DNA of 62,179 bases, counting the filler, from Choristocarpus tenellus KU-1152 (Eukaryota; Protista; Phaeophyceae): the NCBI GenBank assembly GCA_964200185.2. It is 11 parts of 11 records of this genome, joined end to end, with 100 filler letters (N's around TTAATTAATTAA, not from the genome) between each part and the next. Parts side by side here need not be neighbours in the genome. Positions count along the whole stretch, not along the records: positions 40,297 to 54,419 come from CAXNAD020001272.1; 10 more parts are not named here. One strand, 5' to 3'. Positions within the stretch are counted from its first letter, which is position 1. Every line of letters begins with the position of its first letter. The notes beneath the pieces were generated by a model. It searched no databases, had not been told where the DNA came from, and worked only from the letters and a program-made list of their open reading frames with translations. Positions 40,297-54,142 of the stretch are shown here, one piece after another. The translations under genes were made by a program, and so were the position numbers.

Positions 40297-43200
40297 CTGC
40301 ACTGGTTCATGACTGGATTGTTGGATGACTGGGAATCAGTGGGAAAGATTGGCCCCATCGGTTGGTCATGGAGTATTAGTAATGCAAATTGGTCACACTG
40401 GTTGATGACTGGATTGTTTGGTGACTGGACACCAGTGCCGAAAATTGACCTCATTGATGGGTCATCGTTAGTGTATAATATGGTGATGCATCCTCTAAAT
40501 ATCTTTCCCTCTATTTGTCTCTGTATGTACTAGAAAAATGATGATTGGGACAATAACTATGACGGTTGGTTCTGCTCACACAAATATTTATCCCCCACAG
40601 TAGTAGTAGTTCCCCCACCAAGTCATGTCACCTCCATTAACCTATTTTGTGATGATGCTCAAATTTCAAATTTCAAATTCTTGACCGTCTTGAAATAGAA
40701 GAGTTGGATAACGCCATCCATGATACAAGGCATTATAATAGTTGAGATAGCAATTTAGAGTTTAGTCGCTTTATGTAAGACCGAAGGATGGCGAAGAAAG
40801 TTGTCACGACAGATTGCTTGTCGTGGGATGATGGGTATTCGGAGCAATGGTGGGGAGCTGGAGATATACCCTGAAGCAGTAAGAGGAGAGGAAGGACCCA
40901 CAGAGGAAGGACCCAATCATGAAAACGCCAACATGGATTACCAGGGTGCACATGCAGGGCTACTTCTTCGGCCAGTTCCCCCAGAACTCCTGCCGAAGGG
41001 GTTGTTGCCGGCCCCTCGCCCCTGTCAAGATGACCGCAGAAGTGGTTGACAGAGTCGAGTGTTGTTCTACAAGTTGGGACTAGGAACAACGAGCCTTGCA
41101 TGGGTACGTGAGTAAAGCGATCAACAGCTTGGTGAATTGGTCCATGATTGGAGGAAGATCATGGGATATGTTTGATATGGTGCCTGTTGAAATCCTTGAG
41201 GGGATACTTTCGCTCATCGCGTTGGTATGCCTTGCCACATTTTTGTCGCATGCGACTGAAAAGTGGTAAGTTGTCGGGCAGAGATTAGGGGGCCGGGAAT
41301 TTGCAAGAACGTTTCGTTCTGTGTGTCGAGGTGCTTATGCCGCTCTCCGTTGTTATCCCCACATGCCCCAATAGCCTCACCGATTGCTAGCCACGCCCCA
41401 CAACGGCTCGGACGCTACAAACCCTGGGAAGATCAGACCAACTATTACCGGATCACCGTGGTGGAGGTTTTGACCATCTCACACTTGCCTTATTTCGAAA
41501 GCGAGCGCCAATTGACAGAGTCAGGGCCGCACTGGATCCAAGTGGAGGAATAACATTTTAGGCAGACAGTGCAATCAAGGGTGGCAAACGGGACAGAGCC
41601 AGTCAGACAGATCGCCAATGATTGACCCTTGAAGATTCTGCTCACTCAAGGTGGGTGTGGGATTTGTCTGCAAGGGGCAATTTATGAAAGCTCATCTCTC
41701 GTTCTGTTAAACGCAGGAGGGTGGAGTATTTGGTGGGGTGGGGTGTGATTGTTTGAGAACTAAGTAGATCTGGCGATCAAAACCTGGGCAACCTGTCAGA
41801 CATTGGCAAGGCTCGGGGCACAGTGTGGTGGACTTGGCTCGATCCTTCATGAGGAATGGGTAACTGAGATTTCCACCCTCTTTTGCCAGTGGACTTCACT
41901 ATCGAGCCACAATTTGTCTCAATTCACCAGTTCTTCTCCCTCCACATTAATCTCGAGCAGGTATCTCTTTCAAACTCCTATGCCATTATAGGGCGTGGAG
42001 ATTGAGTAATTTAACCTAAAGTAAACAACTGAGCATCCCCTCAACCACTCTGCTGGTGTGCACATCAACATTAAGCGACTCTAAGAAAGCAAAAAATGAC
42101 AAAAAGGAAGGAACCAATCCTTGACTGCAACTCATATAATTCCACTTGGTAGGTCACTAGTGAAGTGCCACGTAAGTTGTTACAGTGAAAAGCATGCTTT
42201 CCCTCTTTATGTAGTGCAGTCTTCTTTTGAAAACTCATCGTATAGGGTTAGGACACTAACCCTAGTTCTGAGTCGAACTTACTCATACCTCTAGACCAAA
42301 GCTAGTCCCGGTCCTGCTGGTGCATGGGCATAACCAGCCAAGGATTCATAGCTGCGATGTTGAGTGACTGATTGGGTATCATATGGGAGTGTGGAGGTTG
42401 ACCTTTGAGGAAACACCCAGTTGGGCAAGGAACAGAAGTTCCAGTGATGTGCAACACTTCAGATGTGATTCACTGGGTTTAATAGTCTAGAAACCCTGCA
42501 ATGATATTACTATTATCAACACCAACATCAATCCTGAGCCCAACCAAAGCACTCCCTTGTTCTCCCTCCTTGCCATCCCCCACACCCATCCCCTGGCCCC
42601 CCTCCGCTCCCCCTCACATTTTCTGGTTCTTTTTGCCTCCATCCCACAAGAGGAGGCGTTTTTGTGATACAAATGATTGTCAATGCCGGAAATGGTTCCA
42701 TGTTCCAATTGCCGTCATCTCAAAGATAGCCACCAAGTCATTGTCCCAAATCACAGGATTATCCCATGCAGCGAATTGATGTGGGAGCCTCATACCTTTC
42801 TCACTCAATACCTATGTTCCATTGCACAGTCCCAAGTGGAGTTGATGGCCTAGGGGATGGAGAGGTTTTCTGGGTTGTTAAGATAGGCGTTACTACCACT
42901 GTTAAGGGGCTGGTTCTGTGTGATGGGGAGGAGATGAGATTTTTTCAGTTTTTTTTTCTTGTGGTGGTTTGTTTTTTGTTTTTTTATCACTGCGTTGTAG
43001 GTTTGTGAGGAATGTAGAAGTTGTCTTTCGTGAAGAATATGAAAAGGGTGCTATGGCAAGTGGCGTGATTTGTTTGGAAGTTTATTGTTCAAGTTGAGTG
43101 TGTGAGTGCAGTATTGTGGATTGTGTTTTGAACAGGGCTAGACAAAGTCTAAATGGTTGGATTTTGTGTTGTGAGTGTATAGGGTTAGGGTTGGGGTTAG

Positions 43201-43799
43201 TGGTACAAGAACAGTTGCTGAAACCGTCAAGAGTATTTTGTCTGTCTCTGTAAGTCGAGTGTAAATTTAGACATGCCCTTGCCATTTTTTGTTTTGAAGT
43301 AGAGCAGTTTCAGGATTGGAGCCTACTTTTGCTTCATCGCCTGCTTTTATTATAGGAAAATGCTCTGGTGGCTGCTATGTGGTGATAAAATATTGTATTT
43401 TTGGTTTGATATGGAGTGTGGGTTGTTTCAATCAATGTTTTGTCGTGTCTCTATGTCACTGTGCCCCGTCTATAATAATATTAGTATGCTGTCAACTATT
43501 TTTTCACTGGAATGTGCTCAAGTAGTATCCCCAATGTATCTCAGGACCCCTCCCCCTCCCCCACCCATAGTAGATCACATCATATATATATATATATATA
43601 TATATAGTACAATTATTTGAGCTCTGCATAATATAGTCCAGAGTGTATCACTTACTTGGTATATATGTATCTACGTTCTGCACCCTAAACATGCTCTTGA
43701 TCTAATACTCACCACCACCACCACCATGTCCTAGTGTTGACATGGCCTACAATCCCCTACCCCCACCGCCTTGGCTTGTTCTTTTTTTCTCTCTTCCAG

Positions 43800-44693
43800 A
43801 TGTGTTCAACCTGGCTGCTCAGGAAGACGATGATGTTGAGGCGACTGACAAGTCCCACTGGGGGGACATGGTGGACTCAGATGAAGAGGATGAGGATGAG
43901 GACGAGGACGAAGAGGAGGAGGGTGGAGAGGGCGGTGATGGCGCGGGTGATGGGGCAGGGGCAGGGGAAAGTGGATTGGAGACACCCATGACGGGGACGG
44001 GTGGGGTGTCAAGCGTGTCTGGCCTGGAGACCCCTGACACAATGATGGACCTCCGGAAGAGGGCTGGACTGGAGACTCCAGACACGACAGGGATTTCAGC
44101 AGTCCCACAGGAACTGTACAAGGTGGTACCACAGAAGGAAACGGCGGTTGGTGCCGGGGCGTTATTTGGTGGGGACCGCAAGTATGTGTTGCCTGGGGTG
44201 AAGTCTGGGGTTGGGGGGGGGGGGGTGGGGGATGTGCAGATGTCGCTCAACCCGGACGAGGTGGACGAGCAGCTAGCAGATGAGGAAGGTCTCCGGGAGA
44301 GGTGAGTCTTAGGGTTAGGGTGTGAGGTTTTTTGTGTGTGTGGGCACAAGTTTTATAGTATTATAGTTCATGAGATGTTGTGGATGTGGGGCTTGGTCTG
44401 TGGTGCAGGGTGGTTTTCTGGTGACAGTTACGACTATCGAACAGCTTTGCTTCTGTTCTGTTGAATGGTTTGTTTTTTTGATCAGCACTTGTTTTTATCT
44501 TTTTATGTGTTTTTTGTTTTGTTACAATGATGAAAAAAGGTTTGAGGAACTGGAGCGGGCAGCAGAACCAGACAGGGGAGAGGATGTGAGTGATATTGTG
44601 TCGGAGGAGAACCGCAAGCGAAAGCGAAAGATGGAGAAGAAGGAGAAGGAGAAGGAGAAGGGCAAGCGTTACAAGGACTCCTTCAAGTTCTGA
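43800..44693 (+). CDS. SF3B2: Splicing factor 3B subunit 2 (SAP145/CUS1), last two exons
   Basis: Exons 43800-44301 (DVF..DKSHWGDM, acidic tract, GLETP repeats, DLRK, LYKVVPQKE) and 44540-44693 (EDVSDIVSEENRKRKRK..YKDSFKF*). GT-AG, phase consistent. Confidence 0.92.
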
Positions 44694-46703
44694 AGCCGCT
44701 CTCCGGTGGGGCAAAGGGGAGGAGGGATGAGAGGCGAAAGGTTCTTCTGTACAAGGCATGGGCAGTAATGAGACTGTAGCTGAGGTTAGAGGGGGGGAGA
44801 GCATCGGCGAGTGCTTGGGCTTTTGTAGAGGCTGGTTGGTGTTTTTGCGAGACAAAGGTCTGTATAAGGAGCGGGACTGATGTTGGGGTGACGTTGTGTT
44901 GGTGAGGTTGAGGGGTGGTGAGGAAGGGCGGACTGGCGTGTATTGCAGAGGGAAGCTTGCAATGTTGACGTGGGGGGGTTGTTAGGTAGACAGTGGAATT
45001 AATAATTGAGAGAGAGGGTGAGCGGGTGAGCGGATGGATGGGTGTTTGGCTATCCTTGATGGATTCTGCTGAAGGTAGGAGATTGTGAGTGATCTGGGAT
45101 GCAATTGCTTGGCATGCTCAGGGTGGGTATGGGGTTTTCATGGGTTAGAGTGGTGGCCCAGAGTTGTTGACTACACCATACACAAATGATGAAATGGCAT
45201 ATATAATATTAATATTACAATTGCAGTTCTTTTTTTGTTCTTGATTGCCTTTGTTCGAGGTGGTTCAATTAAACACGCAGGGAGACACGTCTGATTTGTG
45301 TCATCGAATCGTGCGTGGTAACAGCAAGCTGGCCGGAGAGAGAGTGGTGGTTGGGGGGGGGGGGGATAGAGATAATAAGTTGCTTGGGGGATGCAGCAAG
45401 GTCTCTTCTTATTGGTGTTCTACACTTCCCTGTGTGTGTATCCACTTGTTTTGTGTGTATGTGATTAGGTGTACTCTTTCCCCTATTTTTCAGGTATCAC
45501 AAAGACGGGGCTCAACAAAATTTCCAATCAAAAATAAAAAACAAGAGTATTTTTTTTCTGTGATGCTGAGGGTTGAGTCCTCCACCACAACACATTGAAT
45601 ACTCTACATAGTAGACACTATTTTTTCGCAAGTAGGTGTCCATCAGTGAGGTACATAAATACCCCACATACAACTCTAGCGTGAAATTGAACATAATTCA
45701 GAGTGAGAGCAGGTATGTATTGCCGTGGTAAAGTAGTATGACGCCCTTGATGGATCCATCCTCTAGCCAGGTATTTTTTCGATTTCCATTTTTTCTACTC
45801 CACAAAATGATTTTTTAAAATTTATGTACATGTCCCTCTTGCTCTATATTATAGAATAGCTGGTATTATGAAGATGGCCTGGAAATGGGGGAAGAATCCC
45901 AGTCTGTCAGACCCCCACCTGATCCACCAACCCAGTATCCTCTCTAGGTTGGTGTGGAAAATGTGGAAATGAGGGGTAGAATTTGCACACATTGAGCAGT
46001 ATCCATTGAGCTGCCAGTGAGGCAGGACACCTCACATTGATTATTATTATTACAACATCAGAGTTTCCCAATCACGAAGCACTCTGTGAAGTACTGAAAT
46101 ACACTGGGGTTGAAAGAAGGTACTCTGGCACACTCTGACAATCACAGCTCTTGAATGCAGGACAACACACAAGGAACCTAATGAACATAGCTCAAGCGAG
46201 TCGAAATGGTGCTGGTGTCTGGGTCGCTTATCGCCTCTATACCTACATACAATAGCCTTGCACCCAATGAAAACTGGTGGCATAGTTACACACACGTGGA
46301 CCATGACATCAGCATGACTGACACTTTGCCCAATGTTATCTGGTGTTAGTTCCCATCATAATTCACAACCAGAATGGACATAGCATATGCTACCAGTGCT
46401 GTACAGTACACCTTGCGACATCGTCAGGAGAGGAAAATATCTCTACTTCCAATTGAATGTCATCTAATTGTTGTGGGTTTTGAACATGGTGTGCATACCC
46501 CAGCCCACATCACACATACCATACACCACATACAGCAGGATCAAACAAACTTGAACTCTACTCTTGGTACAGACCACGCACAACACCACACATCACGTGA
46601 AGAAGGAACACTGAGATCAAACGTTCCTTGGTATATCACCACATCAACATGCTAGCACAAACCACTTGTCATACAAATGTAACTTTGCTCTAATAACGCC
46701 TTC

Positions 46704-46886
46704 GGCTCAGAGTATCTGTGGGGGGGGGGGGGGGGGTCTACACCAGGGTGTCCATTCGGGCCCTGGCCAGGAAAAGTGCACTTACATTATCCATTTGATG
46801 CACGTAACCAAATCACCCAAAAATTCCGACATGGAAAAATGGGCCCCGAATGGACAGCTGCCACCCCCCCCCCAGATACTTTGAGC
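46704..46886. mobile_element. MITE family B, full length, TSD CTTC
   Basis: ggctcagagtatctgt-G17-tctacaccaggg...C10-agatactttgagc. Confidence 0.9.
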
Positions 46887-47193
46887 CTTCCCTCCATCTC
46901 CCCATTCATGTCCTTAATATTACTCAGGAGTATGTACATCTATGTGTCCACCTGAAGCACCCCGCCCAGGGGGGGTCTTATCCTAACATTTTTCTACACG
47001 CCTCCATTCTGCCACTCTTACTTACATCCTTTTTTTCAGTGTAATTCTACTACACGGTGCATGAATATAAATAAATATATATATATGAATATACAATACA
47101 GTTGAAAATTGCTAGAGACTCCATCTCCACCCTGTAGCTCCTCCCTCCCATCTCTTACACCATGGCTCATCTCACTCTCCTTCCATTGTGGAG

Positions 47194-48879
47194 CTACAGG
47201 AAGAGAATGGTCCCCTGGAACACGTCAGGAGGAAGGCGAACAAGTAAACTCAGCAAGGGATCTGGCTTTGGCACGCAGAGGGATTCCTCCTTCACTTCCC
47301 CAATCCCCACACCGTCACCCCCACCAGGCACGGCAACAGGTGCAGGTGAAGCGACACCAGTATTGGATACCGATGTTTTCTTGGCCGCACCCTGAGAACC
47401 ACCTCTCCTGGTCAACCTCCTCCTGCAGACAAACCCTCCCAGGTCCTCCTTCCCTGAAATGACTTGGTCGCCGTCATCTCTCAACCTCTTGGAACTCTTG
47501 CCATTGGAGTTCAGCGGGTGCAGTGTGATCTCATTGTTCCTTGCAACTTTTCGCTCTCGTAAATCAGAACTGTTGCTTCCCTCGGAGGTGTCTTGCCCCT
47601 CCTCCTGCCTGTTCCTCTTACAACTCTTGCCCTGCGCCTCACTGCAACCCGGGCAGGCCATCTCATTCCCCTTCTTAAGCTGCTGCAGCTGCTGAAAGCG
47701 CAATACGCTCAAGAGAGGCTTCCTCCTCCTCCTCCACCTGCAGTTTTTCATGGCCTTCCTTGCGCCGTTTTCGATCTGTGACAATTGCAGCTGGCCAGTA
47801 TTTGGAGGGGGATTGCCCTCTTGTGCCCCACGCTCCAGCAGATCCACAGCGCAGTCATCACTATCATTCAAGTAGGCCGTGTGTAAGAGCGAGCGTCCGC
47901 TCTCATCAACTGCATTAGGGTTGGTATGGCCTTGGTCCAGGAAAACACACAAGATTTTGGCACAGATCCGTTCTACAGCCAAAAACAGTGGAGATGACTG
48001 CACCCTGGTCGAGTTCTCCAACCGAGCACCAACCTGCAACAAAGATCTCACTCCAGCTCTATCACCGTTCATCACAGCGTGCTGCAGAACTGTGACGCCC
48101 TCTGCATCTGGGTGGTCAACCTCGGTGTGATACTCCCGAACAAGAAAAGACACAATATGGAAGTGACCGGTGCTTGCTGCAAGGTGCAGCAGAGTGTCAT
48201 GACCTCCCATATGGAAGGCGTCGATCTCTGTGGGCAGGCCACCAGTTGTTATCAGCAGGGAATGAAGTAGGCTTTGATTCCCAGCCTTCACAGCCAACCT
48301 TGTTGGCTCACCCAGCCATTCACACAGGGTTTCGTCCTCCATACAGTCAGCAAGGACCAGCAGCAACTCTTCCTCGAGGCCCTTTAGGGCATCACACAAA
48401 GACTCCTGTGCAACATTGCCACGCAAGTCTGCATACTCAGCAGGTAATTCAGGAACAGTGTGCCACGTTGTACCAAACTGGCGGCGATGAGCTTCAGGAC
48501 CCACAGAGTAGTCTATGCCTCCAGCTGCTTTGACGAGTGCTATTAGCAGAGGGCAGGCACTCTTGTCTTCAGCAGCAGCCTCTGTATCCGGCAGCCATTG
48601 GGCAATTTCTCCAACTAGTGTATCTTGATTCTCCAGATTATCAAGGGCTTTATGGAATGGCTCTAACTCCCTCTTCCATGTCCAGTTCCGGTGGGCCATT
48701 GCAAACTGGAATACAATGTGAATGGGCTTCTGCAGCCATTCAGAAACATCCTCCCTACACATCCCATCCTGCACGAGACTCAACAACTCCTCTTCATCAG
48801 CGAACAAACCATCCCGATTGACGACCATTCCTCCGTCAGAGCACCTAGCCATTGATCGTGTCACAAGGTAACGGTACAT
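47194..48879 (-). CDS. Intronless ankyrin-repeat protein with a C-terminal F-box-like motif (561 aa)
   Basis: Longest ORF in the window. About 4-5 ANK repeats (TLLHLAASTGHFHIVSFLV, GVTVLQHAVMNGD, SPLFLAVE, GRSLLHTAY). Ends LLVRLPPDVFQGTILFL. TATAAATA-like sequence is present only on the opposite strand, so the promoter is unresolved. Confidence 0.85.
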   Translation of the reverse strand: MYRYLVTRSMARCSDGGMVVNRDGLFADEEELLSLVQDGMCREDVSEWLQKPIHIVFQFAMAHRNWTWKRELEPFHKALDNLENQDTLVGEIAQWLPDTEAAAEDKSACPLLIALVKAAGGIDYSVGPEAHRRQFGTTWHTVPELPAEYADLRGNVAQESLCDALKGLEEELLLVLADCMEDETLCEWLGEPTRLAVKAGNQSLLHSLLITTGGLPTEIDAFHMGGHDTLLHLAASTGHFHIVSFLVREYHTEVDHPDAEGVTVLQHAVMNGDRAGVRSLLQVGARLENSTRVQSSPLFLAVERICAKILCVFLDQGHTNPNAVDESGRSLLHTAYLNDSDDCAVDLLERGAQEGNPPPNTGQLQLSQIENGARKAMKNCRWRRRRKPLLSVLRFQQLQQLKKGNEMACPGCSEAQGKSCKRNRQEEGQDTSEGSNSSDLRERKVARNNEITLHPLNSNGKSSKRLRDDGDQVISGKEDLGGFVCRRRLTRRGGSQGAAKKTSVSNTGVASPAPVAVPGGGDGVGIGEVKEESLCVPKPDPLLSLLVRLPPDVFQGTILFL

Positions 48880-50390
48880 AGGGACTGATCAAGGATCAAT
48901 GGGAGCATTACAAACAGACCTCATGAGATCATACAACCTCTCAGATTACGCACTAGCTTCCCTTCTATAAATAGCGCAAGGGGAACATGTCCGCAAATAC
49001 TGCTTTAGAGCTTCACCTAATAATGGGGAAACTCTACACTCGCTGCAAGACTGAGTGACTGCACATTTACCACTGAATCTCAATATCACAGGAAGCAGGG
49101 GGCAGTCCCTTGTAACGTCACTATTCTGCTCTACTCTTCAGTTCGTCATTCCTTTATGAGGATAGGGAGCGATGAGCTCAAGTGATTGCCAATTGTACCA
49201 TGCCCAACAACTTCAGGGGATGATCGAAGTGCAAGTATGAAATTCGTCCTCAACTGTTACGCTTCATAGAGGTTACGCCTCGAAAAGGGTCCTCGTGAGG
49301 TCCATCTTTCGTCAGGGGCATAAAAACCTTAAATTAAAGACCGTGTCAATCTCCTCAGGAATCCCACCCCAATGGACTCACTCTTGCCGTAATAGCTTTC
49401 AAAAAAGGCGACTCGCCACGAGTGAGGTAACTACCCTGTCCTCGAACTTGTAGGACCTGATCGTCGTACACAGAGAAGGATCACACAATTGACTTGGCGA
49501 AGGACCGCAATTGCAGACACCCTGCGTTGATCATCAATTGTGGTCGTGCAAGGTGTGTGTTTGATGGTTGAGCATTCGGGGTATTCTTGAACTGCTGAGA
49601 CTACGGTTCAGAAATTGTTACTTTTCGCTATGACTGTTTCTTGCGGGCCAATTCAGGGAACTGTTGTTGGATGTATTCATTTTATAACGTTCTATTTGTA
49701 CGTAGTATACAGAAATGGACCACCACATACACATAATTATATTATTATGCCCTCTGACATTTTGGAGATGTGTCGGGGGGAATTTCCTTCACCTCCACTG
49801 TCCCTTCCCTCAGAATTCCCACTACATTAGTGTTAAGAAAAATATCACAGAAACATCGAAAATGCCACCACCTCGCTGATTTTCGCAGGGAACTACCAAA
49901 AACTCAACTTTTTGGATCCTAGTCCATTATCATATTATGTATAAGAATGGACTGCCACTTACCTTACTGCAACGATTTTACGGGCATGGATTGCGATGTT
50001 TTGTCTAAAGGGGTTACCACCTGTAGGGAATGCATAGGTAAGCATGGTGCTAGAAGCAATGTCCAATTGTTGTTGTTGGGTGACCGGCTGTAAGTATGTG
50101 AAGGTGGCAGGTGTTGCTGCAGTCAGGTTTGACGTCTCTCACCCCCATGCAACCCATCTGTTCCCAGTTTTTTTTATGTTGCGTATATTTTCAATTTTTC
50201 CCTGAGAATCCGAAGCGTTGTAGCAATTTTCCTTTGCCAAAAAACCCAAGGATAGATATACAGAGGGAGACTTACCATGGCCTACCTCTATATTTTTCCA
50301 GAACTAGGGGTTTAAGTTTATTCTCAGAACAGTTTGGAATGGAATTGACAGAGTAGGGCACATTGTAATGTGGTAGATAGGGCTCAAAGT

Positions 50391-50553
50391 ATCTGGGGGA
50401 GGGGGGTGGGGGGTCTACACCAGGGTATCCATTCGGGCCCTGGCCAGGAAAAGTGCATTTACATTATGCATGTAACCAAATCACCCAAAAATCCCGACAT
50501 GGAAAAATGGGCCCCGAATGGACAGTTGCCACCCCCCCCAGATACTTTGAGCC
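50391..50553. mobile_element. MITE family B, full length, TSD ATAG
   Basis: ggctcaaagtatctggggg...ccccagatactttgagcc, flanked by atag. Confidence 0.92.
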
Positions 50554-50910
50554 ATAGCTTGATAATCCGTAGAGGTTATCACTGGAAGGAAAGCAGTGTC
50601 ATAATAGGGTGAGTGCATAGCTACACTAAGAATAGTGATCAAAAGGGTACATCGTATTGTGGTAAATAGGTGGATAATCTGTGATAGTCATCACTTCGGG
50701 GGGACTCGGGGACTCAATGGGAAAAATAGGGTGGGTACATACATACAATAAGCGTCGACAAGGTACCAATCTGGTGTCAAATGAGTATGCTGTACTTGTG
50801 GGATGAATCGGGGGTTGCCATTTGACATGGGAAGGGTTAGAAGGAGGATATACATATTCAATATGCTATAGTATTTATCTTCAACTATTCAAGAAAAAGA
50901 GGGCAGCGGA

Positions 50911-51165
50911 GAGTCAAAGTAAACCAGAGGCACACAAAATTGCATTTTAAGGATGATGACAAGTATGTCCAAATTTCCGTGACTTGTAACAATGTGCACG
51001 GAGGATTTTTGTTCCTATCGAAAATTTCAAACAGTAAGAACTCAAAGCTCTGAAGTCAGTATTAGTACATTATCCATAGAAAAATGGGTAAATTGTTGAA
51101 GATGAAAGATGCGGCTTCAAATGCCAAACGGCAAAAACCTGGGTACATCTCACTTATTTTGGCTC
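50911..51165. mobile_element. MITE family D, full length (~255 bp)
   Basis: gagtcaaagtaaaccagagg...catctcacttattttggctc. Confidence 0.7.
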
Positions 51166-52959
51166 AGAGTTATCAAGTGCATTGCATATCTCACTGATTC
51201 TAACAAGAGACATACTTTATGAACTTGTTCAATACCCAGGCAACTCACTGGACACTGTTGCCCTCAGTAGGAGAATATATGGATGCCACAGGTACCTGTC
51301 CCTACATTTACAGTGCTCCTCAGGACTAGTGTTGAACAGATCACGCAGAGTACTCATGTCCACCATGCGCGAACTTTGTTTCCAAGGAACTGATCGATAC
51401 TTGGCTAGTTCTAGGGAGCTGTGGAGCCTAGGACACGGGTATGCCGACTACATCTGACCCAATGGACTCCACCCAGAAGGAACAACCTGTCAGGTCACAA
51501 ACCCAAACAAACACAGCACACACACACACACCAAATACTACCACTTACAAGATTGTTCCAAGGTCGAAACAGCCATCAATATAGATCATCCTGGTCTCCG
51601 CAAAAGATAGCTCTGAAGATGTATAGGAGGTACCGTCGGAAGGTTTAGAGCTAGGGGGGAGTGTCTTTGGGGACACATTTGAGTCCTAGCCATTTCAGAG
51701 TGGGATAGAACTCGAAGATTTCTGACCGGTAGATAGTCTGAGGCGTGGAATAAATAAAATTAATAATAACAAAAGAAGAGGGGATAGGGGGGGAGGATAG
51801 GTTGGGAGTATGGGAATCATGGTGGTGAGAGTGGTTTGGGAAGGGAGATGCAAATGGAGGAGGGAGTAGAGCCCGCAATATTAGGATGGCATTGACCTCC
51901 TCCAACAGCACAACACGCAACATACCAGGATGAAGGTGGTGACCAGTAGGTGGTATTTAAGAACTTCAAAGGTGAAAAAAAGTGATGAACTCATACACCA
52001 GAACGATAGTGGGGGTGCCCAATAGATATATATCGGATATGGCCTGCCAAATCCAAATCCAAATCCAAATCCAAATCCAAATCCCAACCCCCGCCCTCTT
52101 CCAAGCGCTTGTTACTACAGTCCTACCCCAGATCGTATCCGGACTGCAGAGTAGCTGATGATGCAGAAAGTGTCACGGGTAAGATGTCCGTGGGGGATGG
52201 TGTAGGTCAAATCCCCGTTGATACCATAGGAGATAAGGTTAGCCGCCAAGGCTGGGATATGCAAGGAGTGTAGGGGGAGTCAAGGACTCTGAAATGCAAT
52301 GTTTGGCGAAGACACAGCCTGGAGTGGTAGGACCAGAAAGAGAGTGCACGGGATACTCATATTGTGTGTTAATACCTCCATTACCCATGATTATTTTATT
52401 GGAGTCTAGCTAGTATAGAAAGATAGTAGGAATGAGAAGGCTGGTTCACACGTGCTATAAGGTCTGCCCTGGGCCCTTCTTTTGGAGTCCAACGAACCTG
52501 TTGAGAATATATAACAGAAACGGGGTTTGGCTGGGCAGACTAACAGGAGAGGGGGGTCTGGGGGGATAATGACTAGAGTGGGGTCAAGGGAAAGACTTGT
52601 CAATGTTCGTGTTGAGTGGTCTACTGACTGCTTTGTGTAGAGCATAAGATATACCATGGAATAAAGTAGGAACTCTGTAGAATGAGAGTGTTCCGGAAGA
52701 ACATTCCAGAATGGGAAACGCTCTTGGATTGAGTACTTGGTTCTAGACTTCTCATATGGTAAGATGTAGAAGTCTAAGAGTAGGTGAGGTCGGGCCTCAC
52801 CTAGCTCACTTACGATCTCGACCAAGCAAACCAATCCTACTTGAGAGAGACTTTTGTCAGAGTTGTAACCGTGTAGGCGAATGAGATAATAATGATACAA
52901 GACTTCAACATCAACAATTTTCTAGGACACGCCTGAGAGGCAAGAATTAATCTCAACCC

Positions 52960-53216
52960 AAGTCAAAGTATCTTAGAGGGTAGAGTTGTGTTCGTTTGGG
53001 GACCAAAATCCAATGTTGCGATTTTGATGTAATTTTGTCTCTTGTTTGTTAGGAAGTGCCAATATCCTTGTTCTGGACACACCTTTTCATAACGTATATA
53101 TTTTACCTACTTTGAAACGTTTAGGGGTAGGTAAAATGCCCTAAACTCCCCGTGGTAAGCCAAGCCTCAAACGGACAAACAGGGCAAAACTCGTACCCTC
53201 CAAGATACTTTCACTC
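52960..53216. mobile_element. MITE family A, full length, TSD ACCC
   Basis: aagtcaaagtatcttagagggtag...caagatactttcactc, flanked by accc. Confidence 0.92.
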
Positions 53217-53433
53217 ACCCATCAAAGGAGGGAGTGTCAGCAGAAAATTACGGGAACATGGACAGTCAGGATAGGGGAAGAAGATAGCCAGGCCTGGTGT
53301 TGGAATATGGTAATTCTTGAGATAAACGGGAAACGGGTTGTCAATGGATTGCAGGATACAGACCAGGAGGGAAGAATGGATCTGCAGAAGGAATCCCTAG
53401 CTGATACGAGGACTCTACTCAAATTAGCCCTAA

Positions 53434-53503
53434 GACCCAAAGTATCTGGGAGGGGGAGGGGTCTAGACTAGGGCGTCCATGTGGACCAAAATCAGGAAAA
53501 GTA
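53434..53503. mobile_element. MITE family B fragment
   Basis: gacccaaagtatctgggagggggagggg..ggaccaaaatcaggaaaagta. Confidence 0.7.
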
Positions 53504-54142
53504 GCTGCAGCCAAAAGAATGCCCAGGGACTGATTTTGCACTATCGTGGTATGTAGTAGAATCAAGGAAATGCTAATGTACTTAAGAACTCAAGTATTTG
53601 GCTTGGCTGCAGTTGAGTTGAAGGTGAACATAGGCACAGATTATTGGTGTGTATCTATCCCGGGAGCAAGGGTAACTGAGTTGATGCAGTAGTGGGTCAG
53701 ACACAAAGATTCTGTTCATTCAGAAGCTCTCTTGTGACCCTTCACCCGCCCAAGGTAAACTTCCATTTTCTTCGCTCTAGGGGTGTTTGGGAGTTGAGTG
53801 TAAGATGTACTTGTCAGAACTTGAGTATATGCCTTGAGCCCAGTAGTCAGGTGCTAGAATGGAAGGCAGAGGTAGAGTGTATGTGGCTCTGGTCGGGGAG
53901 TGAGGGCAACTGAGTTGGCAAAGAGAGGGACAGGATATGTATATACATACATCTTCCCATCCTTCCACGCACATGCTCTTGACCAATTGTCCACACAACA
54001 CGTCGACTTGATTCGCCTGTGTCAGGTGTTCGTAGATAGTGCTGCTGATACACTATGGACACCATCGGTGGAGTAGTTTAGGAAATGCAGACACCACATG
54101 GTAGTCTGCACTGGTCTTACCCACATACTCAGTCAGCGGAAT

